This document shows positions 1 through 11,826 of a DNA stretch of 64,000 bases, one piece after another (within the stretch, counting starts at the first letter, position 1; each line of letters begins with the position of its first letter). The notes below the pieces were generated by a model. The model was not told the DNA's origin, searched no databases, and saw nothing but the letters and a program-made list of their open reading frames with translations. Source of the stretch: Polyangiaceae bacterium (lineage in GTDB: Bacteria > Myxococcota_A > Polyangia > Polyangiales > Polyangiaceae); contig DATJXW010000083.1 in NCBI GenBank assembly GCA_035499895.1, forward strand, positions 10,793 through 74,792. Direction: 5' to 3'. Both the position numbers and the translations under genes were made by a program.

Positions 1-255
1 GCGTCCAAGACCGGCAATCAGGCCAAAAATAACGCTCTTTCACACCGCCGCGCGAACTCGGTAATGTACCACCTCACGAGCATCGCCAACGATCCGGACA
101 TCGACAAGAAGGTCGGTTTGCTCTGGCTCGGTAACGAGTTCGCTCAGCTCTCGAAGGACTACTGCAGTTGGCCCACTTCGCGCCCCAACGAAAAATGCGA
201 CGAGGAAGCCATCAACCGGAGCGCCTTCGTCTCATGGGTGGATTGTCGGCTGTGA
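1..255 (+). CDS. 3' end of an OmpA/MotB-like peptidoglycan-binding domain protein (partial, enters from the left of the window)
   Basis: Frame 1 is open from nt 1. The translation ...NNALSHRRANSVMYHL... resembles the N-x-x-LS-x-RRA-x-x-V core of OmpA_C-like domains. GC is lower than the flank. Confidence 0.4.
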   Translation, partial: ASKTGNQAKNNALSHRRANSVMYHLTSIANDPDIDKKVGLLWLGNEFAQLSKDYCSWPTSRPNEKCDEEAINRSAFVSWVDCRL

Positions 256-926
256 CGCGCCCGGGCCTCTTCTGCGCGCTCGCCCTCCTGGCGCTCGCCT
301 GCGAGAACGACAAGCCGCGCGAGGGTGACGTCACGGCGGAGCGGAGCCAGGCCGTTCAGGCGCCGGCGAACCAAGCCGTCGCGACGCCGGTCACGGCTTC
401 CGCCACGCCCGCGCCGGCTCCGAAGAAGCCGCACCGGGCGCTCTGCGACGGCAAGCTCGACGCGGGCGGGCCGACGGTGCCGCAGAAGAAACCGATCAGC
501 CGCAAGGCGGCCGACGGTGTCGCCGATTTGCCGGCGGAGCCGAGCTTCGCCGGCTTCACGTGGGTGAACTTCTGGGCGGCCTGGTGCGTGCCCTGCAAGG
601 AAGAGATTCCGAGACTCCTCGGCTGGCAGTCGAAGCTCAAGGCGCAGGGGAAAAACTTCAAGGTGACGTTCGTCTCGCTCGACGACGACGAGCGCCAGCT
701 CGCCGCGTTCCTCGGCAATCAGCCGCAAAACGGCCTCAAAGCGACGTATTGGCTGCACGAGGGCAAGGAGCGCTCGGATTGGCTCGCCGGCGCCGGTGTC
801 GATTCGGATCCGGATCTGCCGCAGCACCTTTTGGTCGACGCGAAGGGCAAGGTACGCTGTCGCGTGCGCGGCGCCGTCGACGACGCCGATTTCGACACGC
901 TCACAGCGCTCCTCGCCAAAGAGTAA
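234..926 (+). CDS. TlpA/ResA-like thiol:disulfide oxidoreductase, lipoprotein
   Basis: Signal plus lipobox LALLALAC, and thioredoxin active site WAAWCVPCKEE. The ATG at 234 gives a sensible signal peptide. Confidence 0.8.
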   Translation: MGGLSAVTRPGLFCALALLALACENDKPREGDVTAERSQAVQAPANQAVATPVTASATPAPAPKKPHRALCDGKLDAGGPTVPQKKPISRKAADGVADLPAEPSFAGFTWVNFWAAWCVPCKEEIPRLLGWQSKLKAQGKNFKVTFVSLDDDERQLAAFLGNQPQNGLKATYWLHEGKERSDWLAGAGVDSDPDLPQHLLVDAKGKVRCRVRGAVDDADFDTLTALLAKE

Positions 927-1979
927 ATGACCCGCCGAGCCGACATCGCCGAAGTCGCCCGCCACGCACGCGTCTCGAAGAGCACGGTGTCGCGCGTCAT
1001 CAACGGCGGCTACGCGAGCCCGGAGGTGCGCGCCCGCGTCACCAAGGTCATCCAGAAACTCGCGTACACGCCGTGGACCACCGCGCGCAACTTCTCGCTC
1101 GGGCGCGCCGGTTGCGTCGGCTTCGTGATCGAGGACACGCAGGGTCAGTGGATCGCGCAGATCCTCGCCGGCATCGAAGCCGAGCTCACGAGCAAACACA
1201 TCTCGCTCCTCGTCGGCTCGCTCGTGATCCGCGAGCACTACGACGCGACCACCGTCACGTCCTGGGTGCGCGAGCGCCGCGTCGACGGTCTCGTCTTCGC
1301 GCGCTGCGGCCGCCACGAGCGCGCGATGATCGACGCGGCGCGCCGCTCGGGCATCGCCGTCGCCTTGATTTCACCGGACGACGACTTCACGGGCGTCGAC
1401 GTGCTCCGGAGCGACAACGTCGGCGCCGGCCGCGCCGTCGGACAATACCTGTTCGACCTCGGCCATCGCCGCATCGCTTTCGTCGGCGGCCAGGCGCGCG
1501 TCAACGCGACCACCTTTCACCAATCCGTCGACAGCCGCCATCGGCTCGACGGTTTGAGCCAGGTGCTCGCCGAGCACGGCGTGAAAATCCCCGAGAGCAG
1601 CATCGTTTTCCTGCGGTACCACGTCGACTCCGGCGTCGAATACGCGCGGCGCTGGCTCAAGATGACGCGCTCGCGCGCGCCGACCGTCGTCGTGTTCGGC
1701 AACGACGCGATGGCGCTCGGCTTCATGCGCACCGTTCAGTCGCAGGGCGTGCGCATTCCGGACGAGGTTTCGGTGGTCGGCTTCGACGACATTCCGTCGG
1801 CGAGCTTGCTCTGGCCCGGTCTCACGACCGTGCGCCAGGAGATGAGCAAGATGGGCGAGACGGCGTGCCAGCTCGTGCGGCGCGCGCTCGAACGAAAGTC
1901 GCCGGGCGGGAGCGTGCATCAGTTCCCGGTCTCGCTCGTCGTGCGTGAAAGCACCGGGCGCGCGCCCGCGGGCGAGTAG
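927..1979 (+). CDS. LacI-family transcriptional regulator
   Basis: N-terminal [25 protein letters not shown], then a periplasmic-binding-like sugar domain ([19 protein letters not shown]). The ATG directly follows the upstream TAA. Confidence 0.85.
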   Translation: MTRRADIAEVARHARVSKSTVSRVINGGYASPEVRARVTKVIQKLAYTPWTTARNFSLGRAGCVGFVIEDTQGQWIAQILAGIEAELTSKHISLLVGSLVIREHYDATTVTSWVRERRVDGLVFARCGRHERAMIDAARRSGIAVALISPDDDFTGVDVLRSDNVGAGRAVGQYLFDLGHRRIAFVGGQARVNATTFHQSVDSRHRLDGLSQVLAEHGVKIPESSIVFLRYHVDSGVEYARRWLKMTRSRAPTVVVFGNDAMALGFMRTVQSQGVRIPDEVSVVGFDDIPSASLLWPGLTTVRQEMSKMGETACQLVRRALERKSPGGSVHQFPVSLVVRESTGRAPAGE

Positions 1980-2112
1980 GCTCCTCCGGGCCGCCCGCCG
2001 CGGCCGACCGAGCTTTGTGCAATTGACAGTGAAAGCGGCGGGGGAGGAGGATGGCTCCCGGCGCGCCTTGCTCGGTCTCGAGCCGGCGGGTTCGCGTCGA
2101 GAGGCCGGCAGG

Positions 2113-3111
2113 GTGAGCGCAACGCGTAGGGTATTTTACGGGCAATTCGTCCTGTGGGGCGGCGTGAGCGCCTGGCTTCTCGCCGCGGCGCCGGCACGCG
2201 CGTCGAACAACGGCGCTGCCGAAGAGCTCTTTCGGGAGGGCCAGGCGCTGATGCAGGCGGGCAACTTCGACGAGGCGTGTCCGAAGCTCGCCGAGAGTCA
2301 GCGCCTCGATCCGGGCACCGGCACGCTCTTGAACCTCGCCGCGTGTCACGAGCGCCAGGGCAAGCTCGCGAGCGCGTGGGCCGAGTACAACGACGCCGCG
2401 GCTCTCGCGCAGCGCGACGGTCGCGACGATCGCGTGGAGTTCTGCAAGCAGCACCTCGCGGCGATCGAGCCGAAACTCGCGCGGCTCACCATCAACGTCG
2501 CGGCGGGCGCGGCCGTGCCCGGCTTCGAGGTGAAGCTCGACGACGCGGTCGTGGGCGGGCCGTCGCTCGGCATCGCGCTGCCGGTGGATCCCGGCGTGCA
2601 CCAGATTTCCGCGAGCGCGCCCGGCAAACGTCCGTGGCAGGCGTCGCTCACGATCCGCGTCGGTCCCTCCACCGACACGGTGACGATCCAGGCGCTCGCC
2701 GACGCAGCCGCCGAGCGCGCGCCCGTGAGCGCCCCGATCGCCGGCACCGCGCCGACGGACGACGCCTCGGCCGGCAAAACGCAGCGCTACGTCGCGTACG
2801 GGCTCGGCGGTTTGGGCGTCGTGGCGGTCGGCGTCGGAGCGGCTTTCGGGCTCACCGCCATCTCGAAGAACAACGAATCGAACGACAAAGGCTGCTTCGG
2901 TAACCAGTGCACCGCGCCCGCGGCCAGCCTGCGCAACGACGCGCGCTCGGCCGGCACGATTTCGACGGTCGCGTTCAGCGTGGGCGGCGCCGCGCTCGCG
3001 GGCGGCGTCGTGCTCTTCCTCACGGCGCCGAGCTCGAAGAATCCGAGCAACCGTGCGAGCGCCCGCGTGCTGCTCGGCCCGGGCAGCATCGCGATCGGGT
3101 CGGCATGGTGA
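2113..3111 (+). CDS. Secreted TPR-like / PEGA-like protein with C-terminal TM anchor
   Basis: GTG at 2113 gives a signal peptide (WLLAAAPARA). It has a TPR-like helix pair (LFREGQALMQAGNFDEACPKLAES), a beta-rich PEGA-like middle and a C-terminal hydrophobic helix. It is a paralogue of 44486..45559. Confidence 0.6.
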   Translation: MSATRRVFYGQFVLWGGVSAWLLAAAPARASNNGAAEELFREGQALMQAGNFDEACPKLAESQRLDPGTGTLLNLAACHERQGKLASAWAEYNDAAALAQRDGRDDRVEFCKQHLAAIEPKLARLTINVAAGAAVPGFEVKLDDAVVGGPSLGIALPVDPGVHQISASAPGKRPWQASLTIRVGPSTDTVTIQALADAAAERAPVSAPIAGTAPTDDASAGKTQRYVAYGLGGLGVVAVGVGAAFGLTAISKNNESNDKGCFGNQCTAPAASLRNDARSAGTISTVAFSVGGAALAGGVVLFLTAPSSKNPSNRASARVLLGPGSIAIGSAW

Positions 3112-5564
3112 CCGAGCGGCGTCGTCAATCGGGCTGGGCGCGCGCCGCCGCGCTCGTCTTCGCCGCGGGCGTCGCGTGCAACACGCTCGTCGGCATCGAC
3201 AAGCCGAACGTCGTCGATCAGGAGCGCTGCGCCGCGAGCAGCGACTGCTCGAACAAGACCTACCTCTGCGTGGCCGGCCTCTGCTCGTCGCCGTGCACGG
3301 GCGACGCCGACTGTCCTCAGAACCTGCGATGCCTGAAGGTCGGTGACGGCAGCACGTCGGCGTGCGTCGCCGGCTCGTCCGTCCAATGCCACGACGAAGG
3401 CGACTGTCCGGGCGTGCCCATCTGTTCCAAGGGCGAATGCCGGAACGACTGCGTCGACGACCCGTCGAGTTGCCTCGCCGGACAGACGTGCGGCCCGGAC
3501 GGCGCCTGTTACGGCGACCCGAGCCACGATCCGTCGCCGAGCGGCGGCGCCGGCGGCAGTCCGGCGAGCGGCGGCCAGCCGGGCACCGGCGGCACGAGCG
3601 CGAGCGGCGGCACGGCCGGCGGCGCCGTCGAAGCGGGCGGCATGTCGGGCGCGCCCGGCGCAGAAAATGCGGGTGAAGCCGGCAAGGGCGCGGGCGGCGA
3701 GGGCGGGGCGATGGAGTCCACGCCGGAGTGCACCGACGAGGGCGCGGTTCGCTGTGCCGGCCACGCGACGACGGGGCGCCTCGTCTGCGACCAGGGGACG
3801 CTGCGCCTGAAGGACACCTGCCCCGACGGCGAGCTCTGCGACACGACCTCCGATCCGCCGGGCCAATGCGCGCCCGTTCCCGACGCTTGTCGCGGCCGCT
3901 CGCCGGGCGACGCTTTCTGTGACGGCACGACGCGCTCGGTGTGCGGGCCGGATCTCGTCAGCATCGACCAGACCGATTGCGGCAGCGTGCAGCTCTGCAC
4001 GCTCGGCACCGGCGCGAATTGTGCGGCGTGTCTGCCGAACGACCACCGCTGCGTGGACCAGACGCTCCAGGCTTGCAAGTCCGACAACACCGGCTTCGAG
4101 ACGATTTCGCAGTGCACCGACGCGCCCTGCAACGCCGACGCCGGCGCCTGCACGACGTACGCGTGCTTGAAGGGACAACTCCGCTGCAACCAGGACAACC
4201 TCGAGCAGTGCAAGACCGATCAGAGCGGCTTCGAGCTCAAGACCGCGTGCGGCGCGGGGCTCTGCGACTCGAGCGCGCTCGAGTGCGACGTGTGCGTCCA
4301 TGACCAGAAGCGCTGCACGGACATGAGCACGGTCGCGACGTGCAGCTCCGACGGCCAGAGCGAGACGCCGATGGCGTGCCCGACGGCTTCTCCGTTTTGC
4401 ACGGGCAAGGGCGTCTGCGTCGAGTGCATGCAGACGAACGACTGCACGTCGACGATGGGCCCTTGCTACACGCCGTCGTGCAACTCCGGCACCGGCGTGT
4501 GCGAGGAGAACTTCAACCAGGTGCACAGCCCCTGCAACGGCACCGGGTTCTGCGCCGCGAACGGCAGTTGCCTCCAGTGCCTCTCCGTCGCCGACTGCCC
4601 GGCGTCGGACGACTGCCACCCCGCGCAATGCAGCAGCTCCGGCACGTGCAGCGCGCCGGCCGCGCCGCCGAACACCCGGTGCAACAACGACACCGGCTAC
4701 TGCAATTCGAGCGGCCAATGCGTCGCCTGCACCGACGCGAGCCAGTGCGGCGGCGGCGACGCTTGCAACCTCCCTGCGTGCGGCTCGAACGGCCAATGCG
4801 GCACGACGCCCGCGGGCAAGAACACGATGTGCACGATCGGCGGCGGCAAGTACTGCGACGGCAACGGCGCCTGCGTCCCGTGCACGGCCGCGAGCCAATG
4901 CCAGGCAAGCGAGTGCAACAGCGCCACGTGCACGACGAGCGGCTGCGGCCAATCGCCGTTGGCGCCGCCGGCGACGTGCAGCGGCGGAAGCAAGTATTGC
5001 GACGGCAACGGCAACTGCGTCGCCTGCTTCGGCACGGGTCAGACGCAGTGCAGCTCCGGCAACGTGTGTCACTCGAACGTCTGCGCGCCGGCGGTCCAGA
5101 CGGTCGGCAACACGAACGTCGATACCGGGACGGACAGCGTGTTCGCGAACACGCTGCTCGTCTGCCAGCTCCCCGCGCTTCAATACGACGCGACGTTGCT
5201 CGACTTCGGGGTGGTCGGGGACGTGAGCAGCGTGAACGGGCGCATGGTGCTCTACAAGGACTCGGGCGGCGTGCCGTCCGGCGCCCTCGTCGCGCAGAGC
5301 GCGGGTCAAAACTTCCCGCTCTTCGCCGGCACGCAGGTGGAAGTGGCGCCGAGCTCGACCACCGTCACCCTCGCCGCGAACACCACCTATTGGGTCGGCA
5401 TCGTCACGAGCGCCGACACCACCATTCGCCGCAACGCGAGCGGCACGCAGGGGGCGTGCAAGACGTGGGGACAGAGCTTCACCCAGGCATTCGGCAGCGC
5501 GCAGACGGGCACGAATCAGGCGGTCGCCGCCGACATGTACATTCGAGTCAGCGACACCGACTGA
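3105..5564 (+). CDS. Large secreted cysteine-rich repeat protein
   Basis: The ATG at 3105 overlaps the upstream stop (ATGGTGA). It has a signal/lipobox (AAGVACNT), a Gly/Ser linker and about 10 Cys-rich modules (..YCDGNGACVPC..), followed by a Cys-free beta-rich C-terminal domain. Confidence 0.7.
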   Translation: MVTERRRQSGWARAAALVFAAGVACNTLVGIDKPNVVDQERCAASSDCSNKTYLCVAGLCSSPCTGDADCPQNLRCLKVGDGSTSACVAGSSVQCHDEGDCPGVPICSKGECRNDCVDDPSSCLAGQTCGPDGACYGDPSHDPSPSGGAGGSPASGGQPGTGGTSASGGTAGGAVEAGGMSGAPGAENAGEAGKGAGGEGGAMESTPECTDEGAVRCAGHATTGRLVCDQGTLRLKDTCPDGELCDTTSDPPGQCAPVPDACRGRSPGDAFCDGTTRSVCGPDLVSIDQTDCGSVQLCTLGTGANCAACLPNDHRCVDQTLQACKSDNTGFETISQCTDAPCNADAGACTTYACLKGQLRCNQDNLEQCKTDQSGFELKTACGAGLCDSSALECDVCVHDQKRCTDMSTVATCSSDGQSETPMACPTASPFCTGKGVCVECMQTNDCTSTMGPCYTPSCNSGTGVCEENFNQVHSPCNGTGFCAANGSCLQCLSVADCPASDDCHPAQCSSSGTCSAPAAPPNTRCNNDTGYCNSSGQCVACTDASQCGGGDACNLPACGSNGQCGTTPAGKNTMCTIGGGKYCDGNGACVPCTAASQCQASECNSATCTTSGCGQSPLAPPATCSGGSKYCDGNGNCVACFGTGQTQCSSGNVCHSNVCAPAVQTVGNTNVDTGTDSVFANTLLVCQLPALQYDATLLDFGVVGDVSSVNGRMVLYKDSGGVPSGALVAQSAGQNFPLFAGTQVEVAPSSTTVTLAANTTYWVGIVTSADTTIRRNASGTQGACKTWGQSFTQAFGSAQTGTNQAVAADMYIRVSDTD

Positions 5565-5598
5565 CGTGAGCACCGACGTTTCTTTGGAGGTCTGAGTC

Positions 5599-7766
5599 AT
5601 GCGTTCGATTTCTCGTGATTCGTGGTCGTTCGTCGTGGCCGTGCTCGGCGCCGCCGCCGTGCTCACGGCTTCGCGGCCCGCCGCCGCGCTCGATCCACAG
5701 TGCCTCACCTCGCCCGTGGCGCTCCCGAACCTGAGCGGGCCGCCCGTCTGGTTCGATCCGAGTCCGGCGACGTCGACGTGGCGCGCCGAGCTCAACGATC
5801 CGCGCTGGTCCGGCGCGCCGCTCTTCAACCTGTGCGACAACGCCGAGCTCGACAGTTGCGCGCTCGGGAGCGCGGAAGCCCAGGTGCGCGGCCTCATCGA
5901 CGGCGCGACGCTCTACATGCAGGTGTTGAACGTCGCCGACGACACCCAGACGAGCGACGACTCGGTGTTCGTCGGCATCGGCCTCCGCGGTTTGGCCGGC
6001 GCCCGCATGGTCAAAATCACGCTCGATACCATCACGTCGCCGATCTCGACGTTGCCCACGGTGCACGACGCGACGCCGCCGACACCGAACTCCGCCGGCA
6101 CGATCTTCTGGAATCAGGCGACGAACGCGAGTGGCGCGAGCGCCTGGGCCACGACGTTGACGCAGGGTTTGCCGCCCGCCGTCTCGCCCGCGATGAGGAG
6201 CTGGCTGGAAGACGTGGCCACCTGGACGAACTCGCTCGGCGGCCCCGCGGGGACGAAGTGGGCCGTCACGTTCGCCGTCGATCTCTCGCAGTTCGGTTAC
6301 ACGGCGCCCATCACGGACACGATTCCGCTCTTTTTCGGCACGCGTCACACGCCGAGCGTCGGCGCGGCCGTCCCGTTGCCGAACATCACGACCGACACGG
6401 TGTCCGGCACCGACACGATCGTCCCCGGCAACAAGGCGAACTGGGCGCTGTTCTCACCGCCCGCGGCGGGCTGCACCGGCGGCATCACGCTCTCGAACAC
6501 GAACATCGGCGTGTGGGACGGCACGACGCTCGGCAACCAAGTCGGCGTCTGCCCGGCCACGGGCCCGCAGCCCGCGGGTTGTCCGCACAACACGACCTTC
6601 CGCGCCCTGCCCGAGAACGTGCCGCCCGGCAGTCAGGTGTACACGCGCATGCGCCTCGCGAACTTCGGCTCCGTCTACAACGACTGGCCGAACGCGCCGT
6701 GGGACGACATTCCCGGTGCGGGCAATCCGCTCACCGACGCGACCGTCGCGTCCGGTTGGACCTTCACGCCCGCGGACGCGACCGGCCAGGCGGTGGCGGA
6801 CTTCACCTGCAATCGCGGGTCGAGCACGTATTGCCCCATTCTGAGCAACGTGCCCGCGCAGACCGATCAGTGCTTGCTCGTCGAGCTCGGCGCGCCGCCG
6901 TCGACGAACCTGAAGTTCGAAAACAAGGCCGTCTATCGCAATCTCTGGTTCGAGGAACTATCGACGCTCGATCAGAAGGCCACCATCAGCATCAAGGGTC
7001 TGCAGAAGGCCACGGGTCTCGCCGTGGATCGGGACGTGTACCTGTACGTGCAGAAGGTGAACATGCCGGCCCACACGACGCAGCCGATGGAGCTCGACGA
7101 GCGCGCCCTCCAGCTCGTGCGTTCGTACGCGGAGCACCGCCCGCCGCACCCGCCGTACCTCGGCGGCAATGAAAAGGGCAAGCAGCGGCCCCAGCTCGCG
7201 GCCGCCAAGAACGCTCCGACGCCACCGAACGTGCTCAAGTTCGTGCGCGCCGTCGCGACGGAGGAGGGCAACGGCCCGAGCCCGCTGTCCGTGCCGACGC
7301 TGTCGAGCGACGACGCCCTCAGCTTGATTTGGCCGAGCTACAAGATCCACGTCTACTACGACACCGGGCGCAAGGAGCACTTCGGCGGCGCCGATCGCAT
7401 CGTGCTCGCGCCGATGGTGCCCTTCGGTTACTACCTGAATCACCAGGGGACGTTCTTCGGCTTCAGCGACGCGCTGTCCGGCTTGAACGGCGTCGTGCTC
7501 GAGCCGCTCGGCCACGATTGGTACCGCGTGCACGTGAAGAACGAGGGCTACGCCCAGGTGCGCACCGTCATCACCGCGGAAGAGAGTCCGAAGGGCCCCG
7601 ACGGCAAATCCTGCTGCTGCGAGAAGATGCCGCCCGTGAAGGTCGTCCTACAACCGCACTGCTACTGCGCGCTCCCCGGCGCGAGCGGCGACAGCAAGAA
7701 CACCTGGCTCGCGGGCCTCGTCCTCGCCGGCTTCTGCTTGCGGCGCCTCGCGCGTCGCAAGGGCCG

Positions 7767-7782
<16 letters not shown>
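5599..7782 (+). CDS. Secreted protein with MYXO-CTERM-like C-terminal sorting tail
   Basis: N-terminal signal peptide. The C-terminus CYCALPGASGDSKNTWLAGLVLAGFCLRRLARRKG has Cys, a Gly/Ser stretch, a TM helix and an Arg cluster. The N-terminal part is possibly CBM9/DOMON-like (weak). Confidence 0.7.
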
Positions 7783-10445
<2,663 letters not shown>

Positions 10446-10495
10446 GGCCTAGCTCAAGAAAGGGTATTCTATAAGCTCGGACGGGCCAGGAACTA

Positions 10496-10572
10496 GGGGG
10501 TGCCCGCAGGGCCCCCCGGATCAATAGCTGGGGGTGCCCGCAGGGCCCCCCGGATCAATAGCTGGGGGTGCC
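10496..10572. repeat. 34-bp perfect tandem duplication (2 copies plus a 9-nt partial third copy) in a divergent promoter region
   Basis: The unit GGGGGTGCCCGCAGGGCCCCCCGGATCAATAGCT occurs at 10496-10529 and 10530-10563, then GGGGGTGCC. Confidence 0.9.
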
Positions 10573-10620
10573 GGGAGGGAGCCCGCTTAGCGCGGAAATG
10601 CTGTAGCTTTCTCGATCAGC

Positions 10621-11661
10621 ATGTCCGGCCGAGTCCGCCTGGGTGAGCTTCTCGTCAGCGCCAACATCATCACCCGCGAGCAGCTCGACGCCATCCTCGC
10701 CCTGCAGCAGGAGGACGGCCGGCGCCTCGGCAAACTCCTGGTCGAGCGGGGACTCGTGACGGAAACGCAGCTCACCCAAATCCTGAGTCAGCAGCTCAGC
10801 GTCCCGTGGGTCTCGCTCTACCACATCGATTTCTCGCGCCAGCTCCTCGACCTCGTGCCGGAAGAGCTCGCCGAGCAACACTGCCTCATCCCCATCTTCG
10901 TACGGCGGGTGCGCGGCCTCGGCGACACGCTCTACATCGCGATGGACGACCCGACGAACGAGGCGGCCGTCGCGGCCATCGGGCAATACTCCGCGCTGCC
11001 GGTGCGCACCATGATCGCGCCGCCGTCGGACATCCGCGCCGCGATCCGCGCTTACTACTCGACCGGCGGCGACGAGGGCGAGATGCTCGGCGACGACGAC
11101 GTCGCGCACGCGCCGTCGCTCAAGCCGAGCGCGCCGAGCCCCGCGCCCGCGCCGGCCGCCGAGGCGGTACCGCGCGCGCCGTACGCGCCGAAGTTCACGC
11201 CCATCGAAGTGCAGGCGGTGCGCATCACGCCGAACCCGCCACAGGTCGAGCCGTCGTCGTTACCGCCGAGCGAGCTCGACTCGCTGCCGCCCGACAGCTC
11301 GCCCACGATCGAAGCGCGCGAAGTCTCGATGCCCGCTCCGGCGCGGCGCAACCGGCGCATGGTCACCTTGACCTTGCTCGACGGAACCCGCGTGAATTTG
11401 CCCGCGCGGAGCTCGCGGCCGCCGAAAGAAGGCGACCCCGAACCGAAGCCGAAAAAGCGCGATCCGGACGAATCGGGCGGCGCGCTCACGGCTCGCGATC
11501 TCGTCGCGGCGCTCCGCGCCGTCGTCCACGGCGCCGACGTGAGCGACGTCTTCGGCGACCAAGTGCGCTGGGAACCGCTCTTCGCCGCGCTCCTCGAAGT
11601 GCTCCTCAAAAAGCACCTCATCGCCGACTGGGAATTCGTCGAAGAGTTCCGGAAGATCTGA
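10621..11661 (+). CDS. MshEN/GspE_N (T2SSE N-terminal) domain protein, candidate c-di-GMP receptor
   Basis: The N-terminus carries two 24-residue RLGxxLVxxGLVxxxxLxxxLxxQ-type motifs separated by 5 residues. No ATPase domain follows; there is a Pro-rich linker and a small C-terminal domain. Confidence 0.8.
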   Translation: MSGRVRLGELLVSANIITREQLDAILALQQEDGRRLGKLLVERGLVTETQLTQILSQQLSVPWVSLYHIDFSRQLLDLVPEELAEQHCLIPIFVRRVRGLGDTLYIAMDDPTNEAAVAAIGQYSALPVRTMIAPPSDIRAAIRAYYSTGGDEGEMLGDDDVAHAPSLKPSAPSPAPAPAAEAVPRAPYAPKFTPIEVQAVRITPNPPQVEPSSLPPSELDSLPPDSSPTIEAREVSMPAPARRNRRMVTLTLLDGTRVNLPARSSRPPKEGDPEPKPKKRDPDESGGALTARDLVAALRAVVHGADVSDVFGDQVRWEPLFAALLEVLLKKHLIADWEFVEEFRKI

Positions 11662-11673
11662 GCCGGCGCCGTT

Positions 11674-11784
11674 CGAAGTCGCTGCCCACCCCGCGCGTGC
11701 TCGCCGGCTCCGCCGTCTGCGCGCGCGCCGCCGCCTCCCCGATGTCGTGCTCGCCGCCGGCTGCGCGCGCCATGGGAGGGGCCG
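11674..11784. repeat. About 110-bp GC-rich intergenic repeat, copy 1 (copy 2 at 27430..27539)
   Basis: About 90% identical by eye to 27430-27539. Shared blocks are CTGCCCACCCCGCGC ... CCTCCCCGATGTCGTGCTCGCC ... GGCTGCGCGCGCCATGGGAGGGGCCG. Confidence 0.85.
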
Positions 11785-11826
11785 GCACCAACACGGCGAG
11801 GCAGATTCGCGCTACACTACCGGAGC

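Noticed and set aside
2787-5897. A 1036-aa minus-strand ORF, and many other very long ORFs in the track, such as 159..1316(-), 560..1948(+), 17165..19681(-), 16723..19032(+), 34150..36279(-), 36550..38376(-), 41487..43094(-), 41516..43024(+), 43006..44508(-), 44354..45682(-), 48505..50466(-)
   Set aside because: Their translations are Arg/Ala/Gly/Pro-rich low-complexity strings with no motifs. They lie antisense or out of frame to genes with clear family signatures. These are the usual stop-codon-poor shadow frames of roughly 70% GC DNA.
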